The notes beneath the pieces were generated by a model. That model had not been told where the DNA came from. It was given only the letters and a program-made list of their open reading frames with translations, and searched no databases. Both the position numbers and the translations under genes were made by a program. A DNA stretch of 48,432 bases from Promethearchaeota archaeon Loki_b31 (lineage in GTDB: Archaea; Asgardarchaeota; Lokiarchaeia; Sigyniarchaeales; SOKP01), in NCBI GenBank assembly GCA_005222975.1, contig NJBI01000023.1, forward strand, positions 1 to 48,432, given 5' to 3'. Shown here in pieces: positions 32,099 through 42,484 of the stretch. Position 1 is the stretch's first letter; every line of letters begins with the position of its first letter.

Positions 32099-33001
32099 TT
32101 ATAATCCCAGCACTTTAGCAGCATTTATTCCAAGAATTTTGTCTTTATCTTCTTCAGTAAAGTCTGTTAATCCCATTAGTTTGAGAGGAGGAGGTATTTT
32201 TAATTTTCTAATCCCTTTTACCCAATCCTTAAGAGATAAGAATGAAACAAAAAGAGGCCAATCTGAACCGAAAAGTATCTTATCAATACCACATGCTGAT
32301 TTCGCTTGAAAAAGAGTTTGAATAAAGGCGGCAGGAACCCTTTTTAAGACAGGCTCCCAAGCAGAGATGTCAAGATAAACGTTAAAATTCTTGCTAGCAA
32401 TCGATATAGCTTGATTTGTAAAAGGGTCTCCCATATGAGCCATAATTATTTTCATATCGGGAAAATCTATAGCAACTTTATCAACATAAATTGGTTGGCA
32501 ATATTTTATGTATGTACCTGGTGGTCCTGACCCTGTATGCATCAGAACAGGAATCTCCAATTCTTGTACGCGCTTATAAAAGGAGTAAAAATTTAGATCA
32601 TCTGGATAAAATCCAGTTAGCGGCCAAAGTTTTAGACCTTTCAATCCCAATTCTTCTATGCACCTTTTAAGTTCTTGAATAGCTTCTTTACCTCTTCTAG
32701 GATCAATTCCAGCAAATCCTATAAATTTATCGGGATATTCATTAACGATATTTGCAACATAATCATTGTAATCTTTATAAGTTAAATTAGCTGTAAAAGC
32801 AATATGGCCATCTAATGCTAGTAAAACCGTTTTATCAATTCCTGCTTCTTCCATCTCTCTAATCAATCTTTCTATTGATCCATCATATAATGTTGAAGGA
32901 TCTGATAAACCCATTTGCTTAGCTCCATCATCAATTAACTTCTTAAAACCTCCACTTATGATGGATTTATCCCAAATATGGCAGTGTGCATCTATAATCA
33001 A
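32099..33001 (-). CDS. Amidohydrolase family 2 protein
   Basis: IIDAHCH, MHTG, AHMG, LFGSDWP, ILG.NA. Confidence 0.9.
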   Translation of the reverse strand: MIIDAHCHIWDKSIISGGFKKLIDDGAKQMGLSDPSTLYDGSIERLIREMEEAGIDKTVLLALDGHIAFTANLTYKDYNDYVANIVNEYPDKFIGFAGIDPRRGKEAIQELKRCIEELGLKGLKLWPLTGFYPDDLNFYSFYKRVQELEIPVLMHTGSGPPGTYIKYCQPIYVDKVAIDFPDMKIIMAHMGDPFTNQAISIASKNFNVYLDISAWEPVLKRVPAAFIQTLFQAKSACGIDKILFGSDWPLFVSFLSLKDWVKGIRKLKIPPPLKLMGLTDFTEEDKDKILGINAAKVLGL

Positions 33002-33136
33002 TTTATTTTCCCTATTTACTATTTATTATATTTATAGATAAAATCTTTTTTTAAATATATCTTTTTTTTTATAATGAATTATTTATCTTGTCGCAAAAAG
33101 TATAAAGAGTAAAACCTTTTCCTATAAATCCAGCTT

Positions 33137-34864
33137 TTATTTATTTATATGTATAAAATTAAACCATCTTAGTTCTTCGACCTCAGGATCATCAAACTGA
33201 CGATATTCAATTTCATCTCCGAGTGTTTTGACAAGTTTTCTAGCATCGTTCAAATATTTAGTAAATTCTACATTTCGATCAATCAATTCCTCGTCAAAAC
33301 AATTTCTTAAATTTGTTTTGAGCACTGATTTAATGTCTGGTTTGTTGTATAAGAGAGTATCTTTGAAATTGAGATGTGTCCATACTCCCGAATTAATGTT
33401 AAAAGAATATTCTCTAAGAAATAGATATCCATAATCTGCGACAAATTCAATCGCCTGACAGATAAATTTAAACTCTATATCGGAAAATAAATAATGGAAA
33501 TTAACACGGCACCATCCTGGACTAATTCCGAGTTTACCTTGTTGACCAATTTTTCGGAACTTTTGAGATTGTTCTTCGTCAATGTTGAGCAATGAGTGTC
33601 CATATGGTCCAGCACACATGCAGCCAGCACGACTTTGAATTCCAAACAAATCATTGAGCAGTTTAGTGATGAATTTTGGATGTAAATACTTATCTCCCCG
33701 TTTGATCATAAAAGACACAATAGAGATGCGATTTTCTGGGTCGATTGGACCAAGAATTTTGATTTTTGAATGTTTAGATAATCGCTCCAAAGCTCGGGTT
33801 GTATACTCTAATTCTTTCGATTCAATATTATCAATTCCAATAGCATCCTTTAGATCAATAACTAATGCGGCTTTAATTGTTTGCAAGACTCCGGGAGTAC
33901 CCGATTTTTCTCTAGATTCAATATCTTTTAAATAATCCACTGTGGTTGAACTAACAAAATCAACAGTTCCACCTCCGGCAGAGGTTGGAGAGAGCTCAAG
34001 ATTGTAAACTCGTTCGTTAAAGACTAAGATTCCTGACGATCCTGGACCTCCCACGAATTTGTGAGGCGATATAAAAATTGCATCAAAAAAAGTATCAGAA
34101 TCATTATTCATATTAATTTTTACATAGGGAGCACTAGCGGCGAAATCAAAACAAACTAAACCACCATATTTATGCATTATACGAGCAATTTCATAAACTG
34201 GAGATTTTAAGCCAGTAACATTCGATGCTGCTGAAAAAGACCCGATTTTTAACCTTTTTTTATACTTTGCATCTGAAACTTGACTTTCTAAATCCTTTAA
34301 GTCAATATAACCATCGGAAGTAAGTTGAATGGTTACAACTTCCGCAATAGCTTCTCGCCACATTATATCGTTAGAATGGTGTTCATAAGGACCTATAAAA
34401 ACAACAGGTTTCAATCGATCTATTTCTAGTTCAAGTTTCTTTCTCAAATTTTGATCTATAACATTTTCCTCAGATGAATTGTCTAATATTGATCGAACAA
34501 GATTTCTCGTTGCTGGAGGTAGACGTATACCTATAATTTCCTGGAATTTGGATATCGCTCCCGTTTCACCTGTACCCGTGGCTATAATTCTGCAATTTTT
34601 CTCTGCATTAAAAGCTTTTTTTATTATAGTTGCCGCTTGATGTAAGATTTCCGTCATATGACGACCAGTTACATCGTCCTCTGTGTGAGTATTGGCATAT
34701 TCCCGTTGAATTTTGATTAAAAATTGTTCAATAAATTTAAGAGATCTACCAGATGCAGTATAATCAGCATATGTGAGTAAATGCATTCCATAAGGAGTCT
34801 GGAAAATAAAATTCTGTCCTATAATAGCATTTCTTACTTCTTCAAGGGTTAAAAATGGTTTCAT
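33137..34864 (-). CDS. Class V PLP aminotransferase / cysteine desulfurase-like protein
   Basis: YADYTASGR, EHHSN, SNVTG, SPHKF.GGPG, GIQSRAGCMCA. Confidence 0.9.
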   Translation of the reverse strand: MKPFLTLEEVRNAIIGQNFIFQTPYGMHLLTYADYTASGRSLKFIEQFLIKIQREYANTHTEDDVTGRHMTEILHQAATIIKKAFNAEKNCRIIATGTGETGAISKFQEIIGIRLPPATRNLVRSILDNSSEENVIDQNLRKKLELEIDRLKPVVFIGPYEHHSNDIMWREAIAEVVTIQLTSDGYIDLKDLESQVSDAKYKKRLKIGSFSAASNVTGLKSPVYEIARIMHKYGGLVCFDFAASAPYVKINMNNDSDTFFDAIFISPHKFVGGPGSSGILVFNERVYNLELSPTSAGGGTVDFVSSTTVDYLKDIESREKSGTPGVLQTIKAALVIDLKDAIGIDNIESKELEYTTRALERLSKHSKIKILGPIDPENRISIVSFMIKRGDKYLHPKFITKLLNDLFGIQSRAGCMCAGPYGHSLLNIDEEQSQKFRKIGQQGKLGISPGWCRVNFHYLFSDIEFKFICQAIEFVADYGYLFLREYSFNINSGVWTHLNFKDTLLYNKPDIKSVLKTNLRNCFDEELIDRNVEFTKYLNDARKLVKTLGDEIEYRQFDDPEVEELRWFNFIHINK

Positions 34865-35040
34865 TATTTCACCTTTAAATTTAACGAGAAAGTTTAAGCA
34901 TATCCTTAATTTAATTTAACCTAATTAATGATAAAAAAGTTTTTAATTAGGAATTCGTAAATTATTTTTAAGTTTTAATTACCTTTCCGTCAGGGAGAGA
35001 AACTCCAGATGATATAATTCCTTCTATTGTCAATGATCTA

Positions 35041-35670
35041 TTAAAAAAATTTTCTGGATTTGCCTTGTAGATTAAAGTCTGCTATTGCACCACTTCTATT
35101 TGTAAATTCCCAATTCTTTCCAAAATCGTTGTATTTCCAAGAGTGAGTGTTACAAATCTTAATATCAGAAAACATCATACTAAATAAAGAGTTTTCTATA
35201 CGTTGCGGATTCTTTCCATCCCCTCCTGGTGCCAACGAGAGATTCATTTCTCCATAGGGCATCTTAATTTTATAAGTATTGCCTTCTTGCTCTAAAGTTA
35301 TATCGACATATTTAATTCCCAAAACCTTTCTCACTAATAAGCCACCAGGAATATTATTAACAAAAAAAGGTTCTAAATACTTTCTTTGTTCTTCAGATGC
35401 ATCTTTACTAATGTATATTCCTCCTTCTCCACCTTTCGCCACTAAATCGGCAGCCCTTGGAGAAAATAAATCAACTACATTAATGGCTAATACTCCCCCG
35501 ACATCAACATCTTGAAATTTACCTTCAATAATCTGAAACAATTGTAATGATTTACAAGGAGATTCCATGTTTCTACCGAAATACATCGAACAATGTCCTT
35601 CTGCAGCACACGCTTCGTACCATACTCCTTTTATACTCCAATCTATCCTTTCTTTAGTTTGTTTAGACAT
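35041..35670 (-). CDS. DUF1326 family protein
   Basis: W.I.G..YEAC...C....G....C, I.EG...DVD, YI...A..EQR..L. Confidence 0.75.
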   Translation of the reverse strand: MSKQTKERIDWSIKGVWYEACAAEGHCSMYFGRNMESPCKSLQLFQIIEGKFQDVDVGGVLAINVVDLFSPRAADLVAKGGEGGIYISKDASEEQRKYLEPFFVNNIPGGLLVRKVLGIKYVDITLEQEGNTYKIKMPYGEMNLSLAPGGDGKNPQRIENSLFSMMFSDIKICNTHSWKYNDFGKNWEFTNRSGAIADFNLQGKSRKFF

Positions 35671-35756
35671 ATATTTTCACCCATTTGTTATCTGTATTAA
35701 ATTTAAGATAATTCTATTAAGGATTAAAGTATAGAATGCTTTTTTTAAAAATAAAA

Positions 35757-37001
35757 TTAATTCTTCTTCTTACTTTCTACTTTCACTTCAACTAAATTAT
35801 AGTCCTTAGAACCTAATCCAATATCCTCTGCTGCTTTCAATTGTAATTCCCAGTGTTTAGATTCTTTCCCATTAAGATTTAAGTCCAATTCTTGTGTTTC
35901 CGGATCAAATCTAGGTACATAAGAAAACCATTCATGTGTGTTATCTTTAGATATATTTTTAACATCACCTAAAATTGAATGAGGGTTCATTAAAGAAGAA
36001 TGAATTAAATCAATGGCAACTTGATCTATAGCAACGGGATCCAGTGAGGATAAAACACCAATATCGCTCACAAATGGAATATCGGAACCACCTGTACAAT
36101 CGCATTGCCACGTTACATCTATAACATAATTGATATAAAATATTTTATCCTTTCCAAAATAATCAACAACACCCGCAGCGTTATCTACCATCTGAGTTAT
36201 AAACTCCTCCCGCGTTGATGCTCCAGTATCTATTACATTATTTTTACAAACTGATTTACACATATAACAGTATCTACATTTATTCTCATCGCGCTTTAAT
36301 TTACCATCTGTTCTTTCAGTTAAAGCATTTGTGGGACAAATTTTCAAACAATCTTCGTAATCAGAAATTGGTGCGTCGTAATTAAATTCAAATTTTTTGC
36401 CAACATGCGCTTGAACTTTACCTCCTTTGCTTACGCACCCAATTCCTAAATTCTTTATAGCACCACCAAACCCAGCTCCAGCGTGCCCTTTAAAGTGTGT
36501 AGCTAATATCATGTGGTCAAATTCTCTCAATCTACCCGCAACTAGTATTTCTTTAAATCGCTTACCATTAATTCTTTGTATCGCTATATCGGTACCAACG
36601 CTACCATCTAGCATTAAAACTTTTGCTCCCATGGTTTCATCGGTAAAACCATGCATTTTAGCTATTTCTAAATATTCCTTTTCTGTTGCACGACCACTGT
36701 ATTCCGTATGAGACCCTGTAAACGCCTCTGGAGCTCCCCAACCGCACGATTCTGCTACAGATGGAACTGCTTTTAAACCCTTTACATAATCGCATAGAAA
36801 TCTAATATAACTAGGACGTAAATATCTAACGTTCTCTAAAGCTCCGAAGTGCGTTTTGATTACAACTTTATCTCCTTTATTCACTTTGTTCTTAAATCCG
36901 ATTTTATCTAGTGCTAAAGGACCTTTAACTTTACTTAAACTCTCTTCATGAGTGTGTGTTCGTGCTGTAAAGTAATAGACATCTGATTTCAAAAATACCA
37001 C
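35757..37001 (-). CDS. DUF362 Fe-S protein with ferredoxin insert
   Basis: K.HFG, THFKGH...GFGGAIKNLG.GC, CRYCYMC...C, CDC, DPVAID. Confidence 0.85.
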   Translation of the reverse strand: MVFLKSDVYYFTARTHTHEESLSKVKGPLALDKIGFKNKVNKGDKVVIKTHFGALENVRYLRPSYIRFLCDYVKGLKAVPSVAESCGWGAPEAFTGSHTEYSGRATEKEYLEIAKMHGFTDETMGAKVLMLDGSVGTDIAIQRINGKRFKEILVAGRLREFDHMILATHFKGHAGAGFGGAIKNLGIGCVSKGGKVQAHVGKKFEFNYDAPISDYEDCLKICPTNALTERTDGKLKRDENKCRYCYMCKSVCKNNVIDTGASTREEFITQMVDNAAGVVDYFGKDKIFYINYVIDVTWQCDCTGGSDIPFVSDIGVLSSLDPVAIDQVAIDLIHSSLMNPHSILGDVKNISKDNTHEWFSYVPRFDPETQELDLNLNGKESKHWELQLKAAEDIGLGSKDYNLVEVKVESKKKN

Positions 37002-37148
37002 TTTTATGCTAATTAATGACTAATTTAATGATTTTTATTAGATTAATACAACATTTAAAATAAATTTGGAGTTTAAGGTTAACAATAATTATTTTAACGG
37101 TGTTTAATTCTAATATTACAAGAGAAAAAAAAAAAGAAAGAAAAGAAC

Positions 37149-37379
37149 ATGGCTCGTTGCCCAGAATGCGCTGGTAACATGAAATACAATCCAGACAATC
37201 GTCTTATGGTATGTAGTTCATGTGGATTGTCATTATCTCGTTACGAATTAGATCAATTTTGGCATAAGATACGAAATGAACGGGGATTAGAAACTGATGA
37301 AGTACAGAAAGCAAAAAACCGACGCAAGGATTGGTTGGATTGGTACTCAAAGTCAAAGGAAGAAAAAAAAAACTATTAA
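37149..37379 (+). CDS. Small zinc-ribbon protein
   Basis: CPEC-x13-CSSC followed by a helical tail. Confidence 0.75.
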   Translation: MARCPECAGNMKYNPDNRLMVCSSCGLSLSRYELDQFWHKIRNERGLETDEVQKAKNRRKDWLDWYSKSKEEKKNY

Positions 37380-37531
37380 TTAATTGATTAATTTAACACA
37401 TATAAAAAATCCTTTGAGTTAGTTCAAATTCTCCAAGATGAAAATTTCTTATTTTTAATAAATTCTTGAGTATATTTTTAAGCTCAAAAAAGCGAAAAGA
37501 TTTATCCAACTTTTACAAATAAAAAGATTTT

Positions 37532-38722
37532 TTATTCAAACTTTCTGTTAAAAATATCTATTAAAAATTCTTCTAATTTAACTGCTGGAATATCTAACAA
37601 AGTAATTTCAAGATGTCGACCTCTCTCTGCTTCCTCAATTCTTACAGTTTTCGTAGAAATAATTTCTAATTGATTTAGTTGTCGTATATATTTCCTAAAA
37701 CTCATTTTTACATGTGGTTCTAATGAATAAGTTTCGCATATTATTTGATATTCTTCGAAAGCATCATCAACTAAAGTGAATGGTTCCTTATGGTTAATTA
37801 AAGACCTAGCTATCCCATATAGTGCCAGAAGCTCTTGATCGTTTAATTGATCAATAATATCTGCTCTAAAAGTGGGGTAAACTTCATTTGAAGCTTCTCT
37901 AATAATCTCAGCATTTACGCTAGATAAGTTATTTTTATCCGCGTAGAGCCCACTTTTTCTCAAAATCTCAATTCCATGACGCATATTCTCGTGATCAGCA
38001 ACGATTTGACTAACCATATTTAAAATGTCATCACTGATAACGTACTCTTTAAACGCCTCCTCGCTTCTATATTCTAAAATTTGTTTTGCATCGTCAAAAT
38101 TGTAGGGTTTAAGAGTAATCTTTTCGTTTAATCGACTTAAAATCCTTTCCGTCTCAATCCTCATCCAGTCTCTGTTGCGAGATATTAATAAAATCGAGAG
38201 TTTAGCATTTTGATGTCCATATGTTTCGGAAATATCTAAAAAAGCTAAAATTTCGTCGGATTTTAATAGGTGAATTTCGTCGATAACTAATAACATATAA
38301 CCTTTTTCTCTTATTAACTGTGTTAATATTAATTTGAGCGCTTCGTCGTCGCTAAAACCGCGCCCAGATCCGTGAGTATATTTAGCCAAAAGTTCTCGTA
38401 CAATTTTACTTTTTGAGCGAAAATTTATACAATTAAAATATTCAACAAAGATATTAACATCTTTTTCTAAGGCAATACTCTTAAAATTTCTACCGAAGTA
38501 TCTTGCTGTAACAGTTTTTCCAACCCCACCTTTTCCTAAAATCAAGCAACTGATCGTAGGTTGCTCTTTTTCTTCAAGAATTCTTCTAAAGTTATATATT
38601 AAGCTTTTAATCGTCTCGTCTCGACAATATAACTTTTCTGGTACATAACTCATATCAAGCGAGCTTGCTTTCTTAAACACTGATTTCGTCATGAATTGTT
38701 TTCGAAATTCATCCTCGTCCAT
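37532..38722 (-). CDS. cdc6: Orc1/Cdc6 replication initiator
   Basis: YVPEKL..R, Walker A GKGGVGKT, Walker B IDE, PY....IL..R, C-terminal wHTH with RGR. Confidence 0.93.
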   Translation of the reverse strand: MDEDEFRKQFMTKSVFKKASSLDMSYVPEKLYCRDETIKSLIYNFRRILEEKEQPTISCLILGKGGVGKTVTARYFGRNFKSIALEKDVNIFVEYFNCINFRSKSKIVRELLAKYTHGSGRGFSDDEALKLILTQLIREKGYMLLVIDEIHLLKSDEILAFLDISETYGHQNAKLSILLISRNRDWMRIETERILSRLNEKITLKPYNFDDAKQILEYRSEEAFKEYVISDDILNMVSQIVADHENMRHGIEILRKSGLYADKNNLSSVNAEIIREASNEVYPTFRADIIDQLNDQELLALYGIARSLINHKEPFTLVDDAFEEYQIICETYSLEPHVKMSFRKYIRQLNQLEIISTKTVRIEEAERGRHLEITLLDIPAVKLEEFLIDIFNRKFE

Positions 38723-38752
38723 GATTAACTATCCTCGTCTATGATTAACTAT
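38711..38752 (+). repeat. 20-bp tandem repeat overlapping the cdc6 start
   Basis: ATCCTCGTCCATGATTAACT / ATCCTCGTCTATGATTAACT; the core CGTCTATGAT recurs at 38839. Confidence 0.9.
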
Positions 38753-38877
38753 TAATAATGTATAAGTAAATATAGAACAAATTAAGTTTAAACTTTCTTA
38801 TACTTTTAAGTTTTTATTAAAAGAATATTAGATAATCACGTCTATGATAAAAAAATAAATTATTAAAAACTTGGTTT

Positions 38878-39804
38878 TTATAGTTTCAAATCATTATTAT
38901 TTAATGGATGCATCGTTGAATACGATTGCTTTAATTTAGTAATATCGTTCTTAGCATAGATTCTGGTTGTATTTGGAGAGCTATGGCCTAAAATGTCCTG
39001 CAATTCACTAATATCCATCCCAGAACGCCTAAGATGTGTCGCTCCAGTATGTCTAAATATGTGAGGCGTTATAATTTTCGAATCTGGAAATCCACACTTC
39101 TCTTTTATCGATTTTATATCAGCCTGAACAACGCGAGGATTTAATTTTTGATTTCTTGTATTAACCAATAAATAATCTTCAGAACTATAAGATATCCGAT
39201 TTCTCAAGTGTTCCTTAAAAAGCTCTAAAGTCTTTTGATCGATGGGAACAATCCTTTCTTTACCCCCTTTCCCTTTTAACCTTATATATCCATTCTTAAA
39301 ATCGATATCTTTAATTTTAATGTCACACAATTCGCTTACACGAGCCATAGTGGAATATAACAATCTCACAGTTAAGTAATATCTTAGACTCTTTCTTGAA
39401 TTAAATAGCTTCCAATCATTCAGCTTGTTAAAAATAACTTCAATATCAGAAACATCTAGAAATTTAGGGAGACTCTCTTCTAGTTTGATCTTTGGGGATT
39501 TAATTGTTACCATAGGATTTTTAGTAATAAATTCATTTAAAGTTAAAAACTTAAAAAACGATCTTAATGAAGCGATTTTTCTACTTATACCCTTTTTTGA
39601 ATAATCTAAATCTTTCAGTTTTTTTAAAAAGAGCCTTATCCTTTGTCTCAAAACTGGCGATTCAAGGTCCACATCTTCTACAAGGTTAATGAACTTTTCA
39701 AGATCGTATCGATACGCTTTAATGGTAGATGGCGCACACCCTTCTTCTACTTCTTTTGAAATTAAAAAATCTTCGATAAAATCTGAAACCTTATAATTAA
39801 CCAT
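38878..39804 (-). CDS. xerA: XerA/XerC/D-type tyrosine recombinase
   Basis: SAM-like N-domain (TIKAY..DL, RKIASLRSFFKFL); catalytic R (RVSE), K (GKGGKER), HIFRH, LGH and Y (TTRIY). Confidence 0.88.
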   Translation of the reverse strand: MVNYKVSDFIEDFLISKEVEEGCAPSTIKAYRYDLEKFINLVEDVDLESPVLRQRIRLFLKKLKDLDYSKKGISRKIASLRSFFKFLTLNEFITKNPMVTIKSPKIKLEESLPKFLDVSDIEVIFNKLNDWKLFNSRKSLRYYLTVRLLYSTMARVSELCDIKIKDIDFKNGYIRLKGKGGKERIVPIDQKTLELFKEHLRNRISYSSEDYLLVNTRNQKLNPRVVQADIKSIKEKCGFPDSKIITPHIFRHTGATHLRRSGMDISELQDILGHSSPNTTRIYAKNDITKLKQSYSTMHPLNNNDLKL

Positions 39805-39822
39805 AATAAAAGAAATAGCATC

Positions 39823-39852
39823 GTGATATTACATAATATGGTGTAATATCTC
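39823..39852. promoter_or_regulatory. Inverted repeat upstream of xerA (candidate recombinase-binding or dif-like site)
   Basis: GATATTACA-TAATATGG-TGTAATATC: perfect 9-bp arms, 11 bp with one mismatch, 8-bp spacer. Confidence 0.55.
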
Positions 39853-39957
39853 TGTATTACCAAAGTTTTAAAAGTGGTCCCAAAAAATAAGAATTATGCT
39901 AAGCAAACTTTAAAAATTATAAGCAAATTTAAATTCTTTACTTTCTATGTGTAACAC

Positions 39958-40221
39958 ATGACAATAGTTAATATTAGCAATCATGGAAGAATCACAATCC
40001 CATCAGAAATGCGGAAAAAATACGGATGGAAAGATGGTGATAAAGTGATAATTATTGATCACCCTTTAGAAGGAATAAAAATATTACCATATCTCTCAGA
40101 AAAGAAACTACAATCAATATTAGATATGGAAACGAGTATCAAGATAATTGAAGAAATTTCTAAAGAACGCAAACAAGAGATAGAAAATGAAAAAGAAAAA
40201 CTATACCAAAGGCAGTTTTAA
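39958..40221 (+). CDS. AbrB/MazE/SpoVT family antitoxin
   Basis: GRITIPSEMRKKYGWKDGD.V; 1-bp overlap with the PIN gene. Confidence 0.9.
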   Translation: MTIVNISNHGRITIPSEMRKKYGWKDGDKVIIIDHPLEGIKILPYLSEKKLQSILDMETSIKIIEEISKERKQEIENEKEKLYQRQF

Positions 40222-40622
40222 TGAAAAATACAATTTTTCTTGATACAGGCGTAATTATTTTGTATCAAAGTAATCATGAAGAAATACTCAAAGAGATCCA
40301 AACTAAAATGAAAAATAAATACAGTTTCATATCATCGGAATTGAATTATATTGAGTTTTTCAATCATTTATGCAGAGAAAAAGGAAAAATTAACGCTCAA
40401 ATTATAATGGAAAATCTACGGAAAGGAGACATAATTGATTTTATACCCGTTAGCGAGAATATATCAATATTGGCTGGAGAACTTAAATGTAAATATAATT
40501 TCCTCTCAATGGTAGATGCAATTATAATTGCTGAAGCTCTAACCCGGAAAATATTTATCTATACTACAGAGACTCACTTTGAAGATATAGATAATCTTAA
40601 AGTTAAAAAAATTAATTATTAA
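40221..40622 (+). CDS. vapC: PIN-domain (VapC) toxin
   Basis: FLDTG, E, LS..DA..IA.A, YTTE.HF. Confidence 0.88.
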   Translation: MKNTIFLDTGVIILYQSNHEEILKEIQTKMKNKYSFISSELNYIEFFNHLCREKGKINAQIIMENLRKGDIIDFIPVSENISILAGELKCKYNFLSMVDAIIIAEALTRKIFIYTTETHFEDIDNLKVKKINY

Positions 40623-40798
40623 GGATATATCTTCGTATTATTAAGAAGAATTAGTTTATGAAGGTTAAAAAATAGATTTTATTTATTCTTTCTCCGTATT
40701 ACAATACTTTTGTGGTCTCTTCTCACTATAATGTCAAATATTTCTTATAAAATCAGATATATCTGTTGGCTTTAGCATTTTTATTTACTGGAATACTA

Positions 40799-41170
40799 TT
40801 ATTCTGTTTTATGTAGTTTACCTGACTTAAGCATTTTATTGAGATATGGAATGTCATCTTTAGGATTTCCAGACATTTTACTTGATTCTACTTCAGTTTT
40901 TTTTCTTGGATGGAAATGGTGCGGACGAGAATCAACATCCCTATGATCATCATAGTTATCAAATCTACATCTATCTAAATCAAGCTTGGAAAATAGGATA
41001 TTATAACCATATTCACCATGATCATTATAAATGACATAAATTTCAATACCATCGGATAATACGATATGAAGCTTCCTAGAATCTAGATTTAAAGTCAAAG
41101 TATTAATCTCCTTATCAAAAAGTTGCTCGAGAATTGCTTTTGCTTCTAATAATTTAGAAATTGCAGACAT
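40799..41170 (-). CDS. DUF6516/TumE-like putative toxin
   Basis: Y.Y......RFDN...H.....PHHFH motif. Confidence 0.7.
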   Translation of the reverse strand: MSAISKLLEAKAILEQLFDKEINTLTLNLDSRKLHIVLSDGIEIYVIYNDHGEYGYNILFSKLDLDRCRFDNYDDHRDVDSRPHHFHPRKKTEVESSKMSGNPKDDIPYLNKMLKSGKLHKTE

Positions 41171-41424
41171 TACTCCCCAATAAAGCTCGCTTTTTCTCCT
41201 AACAATCGTTCACGTTCGTCATTGAGATTTTTCATTTCAATAGCATCCATTTCTGCTTCTGAGAGTGTTCCATCTTTAGCGTGTTTTAAAAATTCAGTAG
41301 AAGACATATAATTCCACTTACTTAATATTCGATCTATCTCTTCTTTAAGATGGTTTAATTTAAAATCAAGTAAACTCATTAAAAGTTCCTCATCAACCGA
41401 TACACGTGCCATTATTATCTCCAC
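41170..41424 (-). CDS. Putative antitoxin partner of the DUF6516/TumE-like gene
   Basis: Small helical protein (IL.KW...S..EFL..A..G...EAE.DA) with a 1-bp overlap to the downstream gene. Confidence 0.6.
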   Translation of the reverse strand: MEIIMARVSVDEELLMSLLDFKLNHLKEEIDRILSKWNYMSSTEFLKHAKDGTLSEAEMDAIEMKNLNDERERLLGEKASFIGE

Positions 41425-41539
41425 ACTTAATGTGTAATTTTTCCTATAAATATCTAATGCTTTTTCAAATTATTCCTTATTTTTTATATCATTAATAGAA
41501 TTACATTAAATTTAATACAGATAACAAATGAGTGAAATT

Positions 41540-42484
41540 TTATTCTTTCTTTGTTTTTCGTAGGTATTTACAAGCGTTTATCCCGGCACGCGCGCCTTCT
41601 GCCGCAGCAAAAACTACTTGAAATAGCCCTCCAGTTACATCTCCGGCCGCATATACTCCTTGAATATTTGTTTGTTGATTCTCGTTAGCAGCGACATTAC
41701 CATTTTCATCCAATTCCACTCCCGCTTTTTTGAATATCGAATTAGAAGGTACGTGTGATAAGATGAATAGACAAGCTAATTCGTACTCTTTTATTTCTTG
41801 GTCTTCTTGCTCTGGTTTTATTGTTTTACATAGAATTTTCTGGATTATACCATCGGAATCCGAGATAGCTTCAACGATTTCCATATTGTCAATAATTTCG
41901 ATTCCTTTTTCTTTAACTTCAGTAGCTAAATCAGGTAAATCTTTAAATCCTACGTTAGTAATGATATGTGTTATACAACCCATTTGATCAAGAGCAAGCG
42001 CGTCTTCCAAAACTTCTTCGTCCGAACCATATAAATAGACATTTCTCTCTTTAAATAATGGACCATCACATAACGCACAATAAGACACGCCAAAACCAAT
42101 TAATCCACTTTCTCCTTTAATTACTTCTTTCCTTACTCCCGTGCCAGTGGCGATTAATACCACATCAGCAGTAATATTTGAATTTCTAGTTGAGACCATA
42201 TTCATGCCCATACCTAACATTAGTGCGATGACATCTCCTTTTATAATTTCGACATTATCGAAGCTTTCAGCGTGTTTCCTAAACTTTTTTAGAAGCTCTA
42301 ACCCTCCAATATCTGCCTCTCCCAACCAATTTTTTATTTCTTTCGTTTTCTCTAAAGCAGAAGGCTCTTTTCCGTCTAATATAATAGTGCTCCTGTTTGC
42401 TCTACCACAATAAACTCCCGCACTTAATCCCGCTGGGCCTGCACCTATTATTAAAACCTCACATTTATACTCTTTTAATTCCAT
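41540..42484 (-). CDS. trxB: Thioredoxin reductase
   Basis: IIGAGPAGLSA, IATG, GVSYCALCDG, GVYAAGDVTG. Confidence 0.9.
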   Translation of the reverse strand: MELKEYKCEVLIIGAGPAGLSAGVYCGRANRSTIILDGKEPSALEKTKEIKNWLGEADIGGLELLKKFRKHAESFDNVEIIKGDVIALMLGMGMNMVSTRNSNITADVVLIATGTGVRKEVIKGESGLIGFGVSYCALCDGPLFKERNVYLYGSDEEVLEDALALDQMGCITHIITNVGFKDLPDLATEVKEKGIEIIDNMEIVEAISDSDGIIQKILCKTIKPEQEDQEIKEYELACLFILSHVPSNSIFKKAGVELDENGNVAANENQQTNIQGVYAAGDVTGGLFQVVFAAAEGARAGINACKYLRKTKKE

